From Iphione sp. A-MEVVRFRX5 (taxonomy: Eukaryota), in assembly GCA_976226885.1 (NCBI GenBank), contig OZ320320.1, forward strand, positions 25,668,001-25,732,000: DNA of 64,000 bases, given 5' to 3'. The notes below the pieces were generated by a model that was not told where the DNA came from, did not search any database, and worked only from the letters and a program-made list of their open reading frames with translations. Positions within the stretch are counted from its first letter, which is position 1. Every line of letters begins with the position of its first letter. A program made the position numbers and the translations under genes. This document shows, one piece after another, positions 24,177-38,600 of the stretch.

Positions 24177-27100
24177 CATGTACATGAATGTATACATGTA
24201 TATATATAACACATAAATATTGTATGCATATTATTGTATGCAAGTCTAGATGCTACGCCTTTTCTTCCTTTGCGTGCACTGGAAACCAATATACAAAAGC
24301 ATTAACCTAAGGAACGAAGAACATGCACATTGCTTGCACTCTCCAACCCACTGGTCTGGCCTACCTGAGGAGGGAAGAAAGGTGCTGAAGGGGCCTGCAA
24401 GTAGTCACAGCCTACATAAAACGCCTTCCCAGATCTCGCACACAGTAAATCAAACGCAGTCAAGCAGGTGAACATTGTTGTCTTCGCTACCTGTACATGA
24501 AATAATACTGCGGGCGTCCTCCATTCTTTCTGCCTCTCTTTCAAAACAAATTACGCATGCACACAAGACATTCAAAAACCCTCTTGTCATTATATTTTTT
24601 AGAAGGATATTGGACACACCAAGAAAACATCGGCGAATGGTTTTAAGATGGCTTCCCAACGTTTCGGCGTATACACTGCCTTCTTCTGGGATGTTATTAG
24701 ACACAGTGTAGGTACATTTATTCTGGTCTGTAGCTCGTGGATGATTGACTGTTCGTTCCTGCATATGCATATTACCCGTACAATATTGGTATCGTACGAG
24801 TATATTAATAACACATCCTTTAAAAGTGGAGAATAATAGGCCCTTAAGTAAGCTAAGTTATTAAGAAGACATAGTTATGCCGCTTTAAATAACTGCAATT
24901 AAACCTTCCAAATGGTTCTCCGCTTTGTAAGTGGCACAGTTAATGTACTAGATGAAGTGTGAGCGTTGTTCTTGTATAAATAATTGACGGAAAGGCCCTG
25001 ATCTATTAAGTCTCTATCTTTAAGTGTTCATTATCCTCACGTTTCCATAATGCATTAAACTGAATTCGCACTCTAACCTCTAGGGTTTTTTTTATGAAAA
25101 TGTGTGTGATCAAGCAAGGAACACCTAAGTTTATTTTGCTGACTACCTCATAAATAAGAGGTGGTGCTACTGGCAATCATGTCAAGCTTTAAGCAGCAAC
25201 ATATAACAGCCGAACCTACACATGTCAAACGTAGAAAAATGACTTTAATTAGAAGTCAAGAAGATCTCACAGCCTTATGGAATTCCCATCTATCATGTTT
25301 TAGATTTACCGAATCCGTCCTTCTAAGAACTAGGGGGATTTTCTCTTGTGCTGATGTTACAGTTGTGGGAAGTCCAAAAAGCCTCCTCCCATACTGCGAC
25401 TATTCCAGCTTGAATTAATAACAAAGCTTAGGAATCATATACATGCTCTTTATCCATGCAATCTCTCATCTATTAGTATAACACACAAAACAGGCACGCG
25501 TCAAAGAGTTCACTCTGTACAAGACAAATCATATTTATCGTCATTACATTGTTGTATGTTTTAATTTGTTGGGTTGGATAGGTCTCAATTAATTTAAACC
25601 TCACACTTATGACCGCACATACTCACTCCGGTTTTGGGAAAACATATGCGGTAGTTTAAAGAGCGACCCCATCTTGTGAGATCCGACCGATCGAGGTTTA
25701 TATTCATGTCATTAAATATAGAAGATCCACAAAGATAAGCTGACAGCGATGGCAGGACAGCACAGGAAAGCGCGTGTTATGTCTTACTAAAACAAGCATT
25801 TCCATGCAAACGTTACTTGTAAAACGACCGAAACAACAAGCGAAAATCTTCTTGGGACAGGAACTACCAATATTCATTCTGTTCTGATCTAACAGTTCGG
25901 AACAGTGCTAAAGTGTGCGTCTGCTGCCTACGCTTTACATATGGCAATGGGCGTTACCTGAGGGGAGGTCTGCTGTGGATACGGCATGGAAGGAGACCTC
26001 ATCCCACCGTCGCCTCCACCGCTGGCTCCACCGAATCCTTCAAATTCACTGGGTATCCCTTCGGTGTCCCCAAGAACATCGGGGTCGGGCTCGAAGGGCA
26101 CGTGGAAGTTTCTTGCTATTTCCACCATATACCTTTCGACGAGCATGCGTGGTGGTGGCTCGACTGCCAGCTTGTTCACCAATCTGGAGTTGACCTTCCC
26201 GTGTTGGTTCGTAGCACATTCCTCGGCGAACTCCTTACCGTATTTGGCAGCGAGCTGCGTCTTCACTTCCTTCAGCTCCTGCACATCAGCCACTCGCGGG
26301 GTTGCCCATATAACGCTTGCCATTGCTTCCTCCAAACCTGGATCCACCTGTCTGTCACAATCAGAAGGGCAGAACTGCATAAGTTCCGAGAAATAACGTC
26401 CATCCAAATATGACCCTTACAGAAGAGATAAATTCACGCGAGACACCCTTGGCCTGTATGTTTGATGATATCACTGCGTCAATCGTAAAAGAAACTGTAG
26501 TTGACGGATTTTTTTTTTTTAGAATTTTACCAAAGACAAAGTCAACCTGTGCAATGTCTACATAGATACCATATACATACATTGAAATACGGGTACCCAA
26601 AGAGATTAGTACAAATGACTCACGATTTGCCTACTGCTTTATGCGTAGAGGGAAGGGGATGAAAAACACGCCGGGAAAATGTCCACCAGCGGGTAGATGT
26701 CTGACTAAGCCATATTCACAGTCTCCACTTTGTATGACATCTCTTGAGGACTACTTTGCTTATCTGACCCATACTTAGAGAATCTCTTATGTGCCCAGTC
26801 CAGGTGGGAACAGTTAAAAAAATAAGGTCTAGCAATATGAAACATTTTATTCGAGGTGTCCTGCCTTTCTAAGGCACTTTGTCATAACAGCACGGTATGT
26901 ATACATGTACAACCTGTCAGGTTTCAGTATTATTCCGCAACATAACCCTAGTATTACACAATGTATGTATGTAGGAAACGTAAGTTTATTGTTAATTGTA
27001 TGTTTTTCATTTCATTACCATGTGCAGCATATTTCATTCATGTTGTATATATGTACATAGATCACTCATAGACTAAGAACTGTATATAAATGTAAATAGG

Positions 27101-29333
27101 CATAAGAAAACTTATTCATGTAGTAGCATACGCTGGCATCTGTGATTTGCCAGGATAAATAAACTTAAAAAAAATGAACTGATTGCGTGTATCATAGTAA
27201 TGCTCTGTTGTCAGTGTTACAGACGACATATTTTTAATCGCCAAATGAATGATGCTTTAACTATCATTGGTAAAGTATAGAAGATGCGTCACTGATAGCC
27301 GTTTTTCCCGAATCACCTTGTGCGGCAAGTTCTAAACTGGCGGGCGGTGAAACTCGTATACTGTGGAGCGCCTGTAATCGAGACACCCTTGGTTCTCTCC
27401 TTACTAGAGGCGCGTCCTGATTAGAGATTTGTGGCCTCAGGCCACTCTGTAGTCATAGTTATCTCCCACACCTCTGAGCATTAAAGCTGACGAGTAAACG
27501 GTGGTGACTTTGACGAGTAAAAGTCCAAAAAGCAGTGAATTTGAGGCGTCAAAGTCCTGGAAGCGGTGGTTTTGACAAGTAAAAGTCCAAAAAGCAGTGA
27601 ATCAAACCTCAGGACAGAGTCCTGTCTCTCGGTTTTCCTTTCATTCGACTAAGTGTTTAACTATGGAATAGAATGCTGGGTGTAGAAGAATTCATCATGA
27701 AAGCTGATGGTAGGGACATGCAGTGCTATACAAAATAGTTAGATGCTGTTCTGATATGAGTATAAGTGAAATACAAAGGTTTGGCATGATTATTTTGTCA
27801 AAACAAGAAAGGTGCAGTGAACACTGCCTGTGGAGTTCATACTACCGTATCATAGTTTTAAGGATAAGTGTGAGTGAGAGTGAGAACACAAGTGTGAGTA
27901 GAGAACATGAACAAAAGTGTGAGAGTGAGTGGGTGTGCATGAGAACATGAGTGTGAGTGAGAATATGAGTGTGAGTGAGAACATGAATGAAAGTGTGAGA
28001 GTATGGGTGAGAGTGTAAGTGAGAGGAGGAGAGTGTGCGTGAGAACAAGACTGCCAGTGTGAGTGAGTAAGAGTATGAGTATAAAAGTGTAAGAACAAGA
28101 GTAAGAGTATGAGTCAGAGTAAGTAAGAGCCTGAGAGAAGGCATGATTGAAAGAGTATGAGTGAATGTGTGAGTTCAAGTGTAAGTGAGAGCATGAGTGA
28201 GCATATGAGGAAGAGTGAGAGTGTGAATGAGAGTAGGAGAGTATAAGTGACAGCAATAGAGTGAAAGTGTGAGAGTAAGAGTATGAGTGACAGCATGACT
28301 ATGAGTGAGAGCCCCCCCCCCCCCTGCATGCTTTTATTGAGGAGGTCAAAGAATAGGCTCCTCCTAGCTTGTACTGCTGCCATGTAGTGGAGTTCATACC
28401 ACCACCCTTCCTTAACAGTACTACGAACGAATATGAACTCCACCGATACTACCTTTAGGAAGCAGTTTTCAGTATCGGCTTTGAAAATACCTTATCTGCC
28501 GTTTTGGATTATCTCTGTATACTTTTGGGACTTCCAGTCTAGTCTGTCTCTCAGCCTGAATTAGAGTAGTCTGAGATCGATTCTACGGGTACAGGGTAGA
28601 GCGTTGGGCGTTGAAGATTGTTGGGTGTTGAAGATTGGGTCCTAACCCAATGCTTGAGTAGTTGAATATCTCGCATGCAGTGCAGTACAGTGTATGACAA
28701 ATTCTGTTTACTTCCTGCTATGAGAGGATTACATATTTCAAAATTAAAGAATTAAGTCTTATAACTATCTAATATGCCTTTAATATATGGATATATACTC
28801 AATTTTGTTCATTTGATTGTATTTGATGGCTAAAAAAACCTCCCTTTTCCTCCATATTTTGATATTAACAATTCGAAGTGACAAGATGTTCACTATATTG
28901 TTTTCCGTGAAATCGAATACACAACAGTTCGCCTTTGTCGTCCAATAAAAATGAATTAACCCAGTGCATTAGCACAGAGTTTAAGCACTTTTGGGGGACA
29001 TTGCAAGTATACAAACAGTACTCGTCGCCACATAGGAACTATTTGACGCATGATTCTTACTTACTTTTGTGTTTCTATCAGTCCATATCGCGCAAGAAGA
29101 AGATCACAGTACATTTCTATCAATTCCATTGCTTCTACTAGATAGTCTTCCTTAATGATGCTCTCCACCCTAATTCTAGCTCGATCATACTTGGCACTGG
29201 CGATGTATTCAGAAATTTCTCGGCGTGCTTTCAAAGCCAATTCGGTTTTCTTCTTTTCCAACAACTTTAGTCTGTTGATGCTTAACCGCAGATTCACCTT
29301 CAGCTTCTGTGCTTTATAACCGGAGCCAAACAT
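22235..29333 (-). CDS. IST1: IST1 homolog (ESCRT-III-associated factor), 297 aa
   Basis: Exons 29333-29065, 26351-25958 and 22465-22235 join in frame (894 nt) with GT-AG sites. Protein MFGSGYKAQKLKVNLRLSINRLKLLEKKKTELA...ARIRVESIIKEDYLVEAMELIEMYCDLLLARYGLI..., a Pro-rich middle, then LPVLPSVP (MIM2-like) and C-terminal DFDDLTRRFEELKRRK (MIM1). An additional small exon in the 3.5-kb second intron cannot be excluded. Confidence 0.96.
24142..24173. repeat. (AT)n microsatellite
   Basis: Uninterrupted AT dinucleotide run. Confidence 0.9.
27860..28320. repeat. Degenerate GTGAGA/GAGTAT-type low-complexity tract in IST1 intron
   Basis: Repeated gtgaga/gagtgt units; generates the spurious His/Ser/Thr-rich ORFs in the track. 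Confidence 0.85.
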
Positions 29334-29656
29334 TTTGATAGTGGGTCCCTCACACTTCACTAATGGTATCTGTCAGCTGTCTCGTTCCTCTTGCATGTAT
29401 TTATTTTAGAAGTTTACTGACAATCACAAGACGTGTATCAGCATACTATTTCGGGAAGTTTTACGTCATGTGACCAAAGTGCCAGGACCGCAGTTGAACA
29501 GCTTTTCAACCAATCAGAATATTCCGTGTTATTTACAGTGGTGAGCTCGCCGAACACGTGAGAATCCAAAACAACCTAAACATCCCTCTCTTGAGACTAG
29601 ATTTCAGAAAGAAGAATCATGTCATTGACATGATGACAACTGACGCTCCTAGGATA
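29334..29656. promoter_or_regulatory. Bidirectional promoter region shared by IST1 and MDN1
   Basis: Start codons diverge 323 bp apart. Motifs seen: GGAAGT (29454-29459), TTACGTCA (29461-29468), TCATGTGAC (29466-29474), CCAAT (29510-29514), CACGTG (29555-29560). Possible 67-nt MDN1 5' UTR intron 29541-29607 (GTGAGC...TTTCAG). Confidence 0.7.
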
Positions 29657-32600
29657 ATGGAACAGTTTGATTTAAACTTATCATCCGGACTGGATGCCCT
29701 GTGTAAAGTCAACCTGAAGTGCGCATCTCACCTCAACAAGTTCCTTGCGAAACAAGTGAGTTTTAGAGTGAAGTTAATATTGCCTCCGGCTTAGGCTTAG
29801 CGGCAGTGCTATTTGAGATGTCTCGATATGTAACGTGAATGGTAATGAGTCATATTGTTTAAATCTTATGTTAAACCTATATTGATCGATTGAAATGTTT
29901 CTCATTCATTCAGTGTCCCATATTTTACCCTACATGGCCGAGCGATAATGGGGTTATTTTAAAGAATATATGCACGTGCAAGACGTGGCTCCGATATCAT
30001 CAAATCATTTTTTCATTATGTAGATATGGAGTCCACACGATCGCACATCGTTGATAGATGCCTTGACGTCGCTGGTTGCCCAGCCCGACTGCTCGGCCGA
30101 CGTCGTTCGCTGCCTACGGGCGCTCTCTCCGGAGCTGCTGCGCCGGGCGGCCAACGATGTGTCGCCGGGCGGCCAGCTCGACTGGTCCCGTCACCAGCAG
30201 TTCTCAGTATCCCTAAGCAGTATGCTGGCTACATCGGAAGAAGCTGTTAGGTTCGTTGAGATAAGTTGATTATGTTCGTTGAGATAAGTTGAGCCTGTAC
30301 ATATACTTGTATCGGAGCGACTGTAGATGATAGAATAATACAAGTAAAATGAGTGATGGACTTGGCTTGGGATAGGGAGAGAACTCTCAATGGTATCAGG
30401 TCGACCGCGCCCGCGACAATTTACAGCTAGTCATTTGCGCCCCTACTGCTTCAATCAAAATGCAAGGGGGGGGGGGGGGCTCCCCACCCACAATTTAGAA
30501 CTAGCAATTTTACTTTAGGATTAGGGTTAAGTTTTTACATACACCTTTGTGGGCTTAGTTCATCACAGTCCGTCACTTTAGACTTTAGTACTGGAGGTGG
30601 ACACGAGGCTTCTACCTGATATGTAATCCATGTGGTGCCACTGCAGACAGCAATGTAGGGGATACAGACGTTTCATCACGGTGTTTCGTCCTCGCTGTTT
30701 CGCCCTCAAACCATTTCGTCCTCAAGTTGTTTCGTCCTCAGCAAATAAACCCTACATTTTGTGTATTGCCATTGTATTTTAGAATTATTTCCTCGAATTC
30801 TGTAAATCCAAAGAGCTACAACACGTATTGACAAACCTCACTGACAGTTTTGCATGCCCAGCCCTGCACTTTGTCCCCAGCTGCCTCCTACTTTTGCCAA
30901 CCACTTCCCTTCAACCCCGGCTGCAACCTGATGTGCACAGCTGCCTACCTTCATCCTCGACTGCCTCCTGCTCCCCACCTAGCCCTCTACACACGCTTCC
31001 CTGTGTTCCAGGGCATTCCCTACTCCTGCACACCCCTGGCCTCTCAAGTTCGCACACTATACATACTGCTTCTATGGCTGCTTGCCCATTGCGTGAAATA
31101 TAGCAATTGTTTCTACAAATGTGTATACTACAATATATCAAATACTATGATTATTGGTAGTGTATTGTAGTTCAGCTGTCGCCAGATACAGTCATGCTCA
31201 TTGTCACTCTGACATTTTTGACATTTTTGTATTTTTTCCCTATTGGTTTTAGATTTATCATAAGGTATTTCTCTTGTTATTTCTCTGTATTCGCTGTATT
31301 CAATGGAGGTCATATCTTCGATGGTTGGTACTTGTTCGCAGAATGTATGACCTCCATAGCGGAGCTGAGTAAATGTAGGTACTTAAGGCGGGGCTTGGAC
31401 ATTAATGTATGAGCCGGCATGTAGGCTATGATGCAACAGATCAGATAGTGCTTCAATAGACTTTTTGATGGTGTCCAGGTTTTGGCTACCAACGTCCTGT
31501 AGCCATTACAGAGTAATTTTGTGTCAGAGACTCATAGAAGTCATCAAAGGTCAGGAAACACTGATGCTCTCATTGTCTATAGCCTCAGTAAACTTTTATG
31601 GCAGTCCCTTTCTAAAGAGGCTAAGGAAAGAGAAAGGTATCTACAGTAAATCGGTCATGATGTGATGGTTACTATGATTGCTACCCCGAGATTAGTGGAC
31701 TTGGTTTTTCCTCAGGTTGGGTCTACAAATGATTACCTGGATTTCTTCTACCCAGAAGCTTTCACCAAAATTATGGCACCTCTTCTAGCACATCTCAGTG
31801 GCTATAGGTATTGCAGTCTGTAGTGGTGCCACCTGGGTTACATTTCAGTGAGACACGTGCGTCCACCTCCAGTACAAAATCAAGACCTTGTATCACTGAT
31901 AAGTTCATGTACCGGTAATCTAAATAACTGATGGATGCCGCTGTGATCCTGTGAAAGGGTATAAAAGCTGCTAAATTCCACATCAGCATATGAGTCATAC
32001 AATCTGTTCTATCCGTTGATATACATATTTTTCCCGCATGTACAGTGTATTTATCCTACAGCATTTCCGTGTAAACCAGTGTTTGGGTTTTTGCTTCAGA
32101 ATGTTTAACAAAGTTTGGCGGAGATTTCTAAATGTTCAGAAAGAATATCATTTTTGTTCTTTTGAAATAGGTTTGCCGCGGAGTACCTTCCAAAGTATGA
32201 ACCGTTCTACAAAAATTGCCCGAATAGCGACCTGGAACCTAAAACAAAGAAAGCTAAACAGGTGTGTCCATCTAGACATTGTGTGCCCTTGCCTACCATA
32301 CAATCAGGTATCATTTTGCTGAAGTATCATACACGACATTACAATTTTGTTTTTAGTTTTCCGGACTATATCGACAAATGGCCCATTTTCATTGGTCTAA
32401 GACATATTATGATGCATTATTTTTTGAAAAACATCACGTTGTAACAGGTCCGGGTGAAACTTTTTTTATGCGAGTAGGAAAAGGTCTAGAGCATATCCAT
32501 GTCCTCCATGTCATGTGAAATTCTAACAGTGGATTTCCTTTCCATTATAGAAGAAGAAGGAAAATATTAACCGCCTGCAGATGGCCCATGCTGTGTGGGC

Positions 32601-35600
32601 GTATGTGCAGTATTTGCCGTCTGTCATCAGGGATAGCTGGGACTGGTCTGATCTGTGCTGCTTCTTATCGATGGAGAACTTAAACACAAAGTGGTAGGTG
32701 AAAATGTACAAAAGTACAAAAAAGTCTGTCCAAAACGCTTTCTGTATTTCAGAGATAGTCCATCTTCCAAAAATAAAACAGTTGACGAGAGAATGCCGTC
32801 ATGAGATGTATATGAAGAACCGCATCTTAACTTCACCATAGCCATAGTATATTAATCCGACGGTTAATTTTGCCATCTTAGAAATTCAGGGAATGGTTGA
32901 CAAATGCAAATCTGATATATCCATGTTAGCTATTGCATTTACTTAGAGGCATACTCTAGTTTGTGAAGTACAACTTGTTATGTTAGGCCAAAAAGAAAAA
33001 TAGGTGTGTTTCTGGTAACAACCACCCAAAAGCCTAGGTAGGGGGGGTATCTTTTTTTAAATCTTCTTTTCATTTTCTTCCTCTGGTTTGCAATAATAAT
33101 AAAGATAATATGAAGAATTTTGACCAATTTGCAGTTTTGGGCTGAATTTCCATGGATTTTCCTGTTTTTCTACTGAATTTATCAAAAACATGTGCTGTGA
33201 AAATACACATCTAAGGAAATTCAGCCTTGGAAACTCTTTGAGGCCAAATTTTTTTTTAGTTAGGATGAGGTTTTACCAGGTAGTGGTGGGTTACCAGAAA
33301 CACACCTATTTTTTGGGGGGGGCCTTATGTTATGGGTACATGTACCTATGCCCATTGCTTGTAATGTACAGTTAGTTTAGCTAAACTCATATGTTGCTCA
33401 TGCCCTTCATTTCGGATACAATATGTTGGCAAATCAAATAGTTGTACCTATCAGAAACAGTCTAAATCTTTGAGCGACACTGTCCCTCAGCACATAAAGT
33501 ATGAAAGTTTTGTAGACATAATGCTTCAGATAATTTCCTGGGAACAACAGAATTAAATATATAAAGGTCTTACTATGTATACACGTATGTAAACTAGACT
33601 AAACCCATTGGGCAATGTATGAACAGCACCGCTTTAGTGGAAGTGACAGATCATGACATAGGAGTGGCAATAATGCCTAGCTTGAAAAAAATCAGAAAAT
33701 ACAATGTAAAAAAATGGTTATAGCTCAGAATCTTTACTTCAGCTGAAAGTAAAGGCAAAAGCTTATACAAATATTCCAGGTTTATATGTTTCTACCTTTC
33801 CATTACACAGTTCGTGATATGACGAAATCAGCCCATAGGTTATTGTCATCAATACATTTACATGTTGTATGGGGAAAAAAACTAAATTGTCATTAAGTTT
33901 TTTACTCCTCTTTGAAATTGTGGAATTCGCAGCAGTATGTTTCGTAACCAATTTGTGAAACGTTTTAGGTTCTCAGCCCGGAGTATCATTCACCTTGTCC
34001 GAATGTCTCCTAGTGAAGCACAACGATTCCTCTCCGAGGTTTTCACTCCCGAGCAGCAGGTGCAGCTCTCTGTGAGGTAATCAGAAGATGTTTGATCTGC
34101 TTTAATCTCAAGCTATTTAATCTTTATCAAAGAGATAATTTACTAATAGAGTATGCTCTCTATCCTCTTGAACACAAAAAGCTTATTTTCAATATAGACC
34201 CTTTAATATATATATGGACAATATGATGACAGATATGGCAAAAACCTGTTTTCTCTTTCATGCAAGTCATTCGACCAGCCTGGAAAAACCCAGGGAGACC
34301 GCTTTTCTCATCACAAACCCAGCAGGGACAATGGAGGCGCAGGACAAGGGACTGACACACACCAAGCGACACCTAGTAGGGTCAGACCTGAGTGACAAGG
34401 TGGTGTCAGTGTGTGGGGTGCTCCTGCAGAAGGTCGGAAATGCCGAGAGTGAGAGCGTAAGTCAGGTGACCCTTCTTTACTTCAAAACACAACTTAAGAA
34501 ACCAGTTTTAATCACATATACTTTGTGCGTAAACTATCCTTGACGTATTTTTCTAAGTATGTGAGCCCTTGCATGTTGGTGCATCTGTATAGTCGCGAGT
34601 GTTTGTGCCACCAGGTACACACTAATACATGTACATATTCCATTGTATGTGCCGACCTTTCATTTTATCGATCAACTCTAAGATAAAATATAGTCCTCTT
34701 GCTCCTTGAAGGTGGAACCCCTGGTGCCTGTTGCATCAACTCAACGCCATTTACGCCGCCTGGCGGTGGCAGTGTCGGCGGGTGCCCCCGTCCTGCTGCA
34801 GGGTCCTGTAGGATGTGGGAAGACAGCACTGGTGGAGCACCTGGCGGCCATGGTCGGAGGTAGTAAACGCTTGCTTAAAGTGCAGCTGGGAGACCAGACG
34901 GACAGTAAGGTGAGTTTTTTTTTCATTTGTTGATCTATCCTACACATAAGAGCTTGTTTTGGAATAGTTAGAATGATTTCAAGAGTAAGAATGATTTCAA
35001 GAGTAAAAGTAGACGTACGTTAAATCAGGAAAATAGCAGTAAGGAGGAGACTGTGAACAAAAGCTTTAAAGCAAGGAGGAGGCTGTTAACAAAGGTTTAA
35101 AACTTATTTAACTTTACAGAGTACTTAGAACATCAATTAAATCAAACTAAATCACCTTTTATACAAACCCTCGAGTATCTAGTGTATATTATACAGTTAG
35201 TTATCACCAAAAAAAGTGAGACAATAGTTTGGTTTATATAAATACCTTGACAAAATAATATGGAAAAATTCCCTTCGTGTACATATTAAAAGTCCATTGG
35301 AACAAATCTGGTATACTGTGTCTCTTGATTTGGTCTGGAAAAAAGGGAGGTTGACCAGTACATCTTATGTTCTAGAAACTAGAAGTGTGCAGTGTGCTGG
35401 TTTTGGCAATGTGCCAGTTCATTGGTATGGTAGCACATGCAGTATGCTAATACAGGTATGCACACAGTTTCGAATTTGGACTTTATATCCATAGGCACTG
35501 CTCGGCACCTACTGTTGTACGGATGTACCGGGAGAGTTTGTCTGGCAGGCAGGCAGCCTGACGCGGGCTGTTCTTGAAGGCCGCTGGATACTGCTGGAAG

Positions 35601-38600
35601 ATATCGACTATGCCCCCATGGATGTAGTCTCTGTACTGCTGCCTCTGCTACAGGCTGGAACATTGGCACTGCCGGGCCATGCCGGTGGTATCACACCAGC
35701 TCCAGGATTCAGGCTCTTTGCAACCCAGAGGTATATCAAAGAATACAGCCGCATATACTTTTGTTATTAGTTGATTGTTCTGCTGCAATACCCAAGAATC
35801 ATTCCTTGATCTCACCATCTTTTGTGTTATTAGCCTCATACTTGGTTATCGAAGTAAATAGTATCTTACCTGGGTGGAAAGGGACTACATCATTAAACGT
35901 TGACTATGGTGGAAGCTGCCTGTGGGATTGAGCAAAACTGACCGATGTAGGGAGTGACTTTGTTTGTAGGAAGGTCTTATAAAGGCATGCCTTAAATTCA
36001 GCGCTGGAAATAACTGGCCTGATACCTAAGATGACCTGACTGAAGTTGGGACCGTTGGGCGAACTTCCATTAAAGTATTCACTCACCCTGGTACCGAGAA
36101 AACAGATTAGCTTCGATTGATAGCAACGAACTGGTCAGATTGCACCGAGAAGCCAACCAGGTTAATATGATCCATTATTTTCCATTCCTTTCGGCTGTTA
36201 ACAGACTGTATGGCACAGGAGGTGCCCTCTACAAGCAACACAGTGCCGGGGCAGACCTTCTGCAGAGACTGTGGACTGTGGTGAACGTGGAACCGCTCTC
36301 TCATGAGGAGCTTAAACAGGTGGGGCCAGCTATTCTGACCAAGGTGTATCTGTTGTACATGTGGTCTCCCTCACATTAGATGTACGATTAGTTTGAAACA
36401 TAAATGTCACATTTATACCTCATTCAGCGGTTTAGGTCAAGTTTAATCTTCGTCTCTATAGTAGAACTACATTCCAATTTTAAAAAGTTCTCATTTGTCT
36501 CTTGCGCTGTTATTTGACACTGTCAGTGAAATACTTGTCTGAATTTGTGAACCTGTCAGTTGTTTCCTTCACAGCCTTTGTGGCTTTCGTCGAGTTCTCT
36601 GCTCTCATTGTCTACTGATACTGATGAGTGCTGTTGTCGTTCTCTGTTCTCAGGTCATTCTGAGTCGACATGCACAGTTCGATACGGTGGTGGATAGGCT
36701 CCTTGACGTTTACTTCCTGTTGTCTGCGGGTCGTCATGGCAGTGCCTCGAATGAAGATGTCACCGATGGTGACGTTGGAAAGTTCCTCAGTCGTGATGGT
36801 CGGCTTATCTCCACACGGTTTGTAACTTCATTTTTTTTTCATCATATCTCACGTAAATGACGACAGTTGATGCAAAGATATGAACAGATATGAACAGATA
36901 TCGTACATGGCGTTACTGTTTTGTTCTAAAAGGAGTGTGAAGAAATGTTACTCGACAGGGAAACGTTGGTAATTGTTTCCTGTCTTCTTGCACCCGTTTT
37001 TTCACCCTTCCTGCGCAAAGTATAGATGTTCTCTCCTATTCTGCAGGGACCTGATGAAATGGTGTAATAGAGTTAGCAAGGACTTTGACGTGTCCCATTC
37101 AGCCACTGCTAACTTGGTCTTTCAAGAGGCCCTCGACTGTTTTTGTGCTTGTCTGGCCAAGCCCAGTGCCCGCATTCCGCTTGCTGAGGCCATCGGTGCC
37201 AAACTGAATGTCTCTAAAGCTAAGGTAGGCCCTTATGTCATTACAGGGGGACGGCACAGTAGATAACATATACATGTGTTGTTGTAGGAGTCAATTTTTT
37301 GTTGGTTTGAAGTACCTTGTAGAGATGTGGATAGGTATGCTGTTTTATCTCATGCCTGTAAACATACAGCTGCCCGACACCACCTTCTCACAACAAGTGC
37401 ATGTACACTCATGTGTACTGCACAGCTGTATGGTGCACACATCAGAAAATATGAAAAACTAACTTGTCATAAAAGCTTAAATCAAACTTAGATGTAATAA
37501 TAATATTTAGAAAAATATCGTGAATATATGAACATAAAGAAATATTAACTATGAAATAATTTGAAATTGTTTGTAATCCAAGATACTGACAACATGAAAA
37601 TAAGTGGGTTTGTGGTAATTTCATGTATGATCTCTTCATCAGTAGGCATGGTATAAAAACAATATGTGTGTTTATACATATTCAGGTCGGGAAAATTCAT
37701 CAAACTTGACTCATGGTTTCATTTGGTAAATCTACCTAACCTGAACATATGCAAGCTCTCATACCACCACCACTCTGTCCTTCTATTTTAGTACATGTAT
37801 AGGGTATGTGTAAGACTATTGAAGGTAACTGATGTAAAAAAAAAGGAAAAAAAGGAAGAGACATCAACAGCTACAGTTCATCTGTTGTACACTAGGGGTG
37901 GCTACCTGAGATAGAGTCGCACGTTGCAGTCTGTATCAGTACATCATTTTATTTCAATGTATGAGTGAATGGATTACATGGGACTTCTAAATCTAACTGT
38001 ACTGTCATATCTTTCCAGGCAGACTTATACTTAAACTCATACAAGCCTAACATTGAGATTACACACAGAACATTCTCAGTCGGCCGGGCGTCCCTGAAAA
38101 AGAAGACCCAGGATGTTGTCATGTTTCCAAGGTAGAAAGAGGCCATGATACCTATATTCTAGAAGAAAAGTCCTTATCCTGGTACAAAGTCAAGGTCACA
38201 TTTCACTGTAATTTATGCAACCCACTAATTAAGGTCCTCTGGAGGAATGACGTTTTAGAGCAAATGTTCGTCATATGGAGAATGGCACAACATTCGTTAA
38301 TGTCGGAAATTAATGCTTTTGAGATTTTACCTTGTATTCTTGCCTTGCCGTACCTTCAGATCTCAGAGATCCAATTTTGCATTTACTCGTGCGGCGGTTA
38401 CACTGCTGGAGAGAGTTGCTGTATGCGTCAACAATAATGAGCCTGTCCTCCTGGTGGGAGAAACAGGAACTGGCAAGACTTCCTCCGTGCAGTTCTTGGC
38501 AGAACAAATGGGTAGGCTTTAGCTGTAGATTACACAAAGGCATCAAGCAAAGATTGTATAAAATGCGTTTTATAATGATTCCACTACCTCAAAATATTGA

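Noticed and set aside
27842-28443. His/Ser/Leu-rich ORFs in IST1 intron 1
   Set aside because: Translations of a GTGAGA-type low-complexity tract.
30251-30292. 23-bp-period duplication at the MDN1 exon 2 donor as an alternative 5' splice site
   Set aside because: The second GTTCGT lacks the upstream exonic AG and using it would shift the frame (23 nt).
30514-30530. Interstitial telomere (ttaggattagggtta)
   Set aside because: Only one perfect TTAGGG unit.
31128-31500. Minus-strand coding relic with CQKC...HDC motif
   Set aside because: Interrupted by stops, no family recognisable, and it overlaps the repeated non-coding hairpin.
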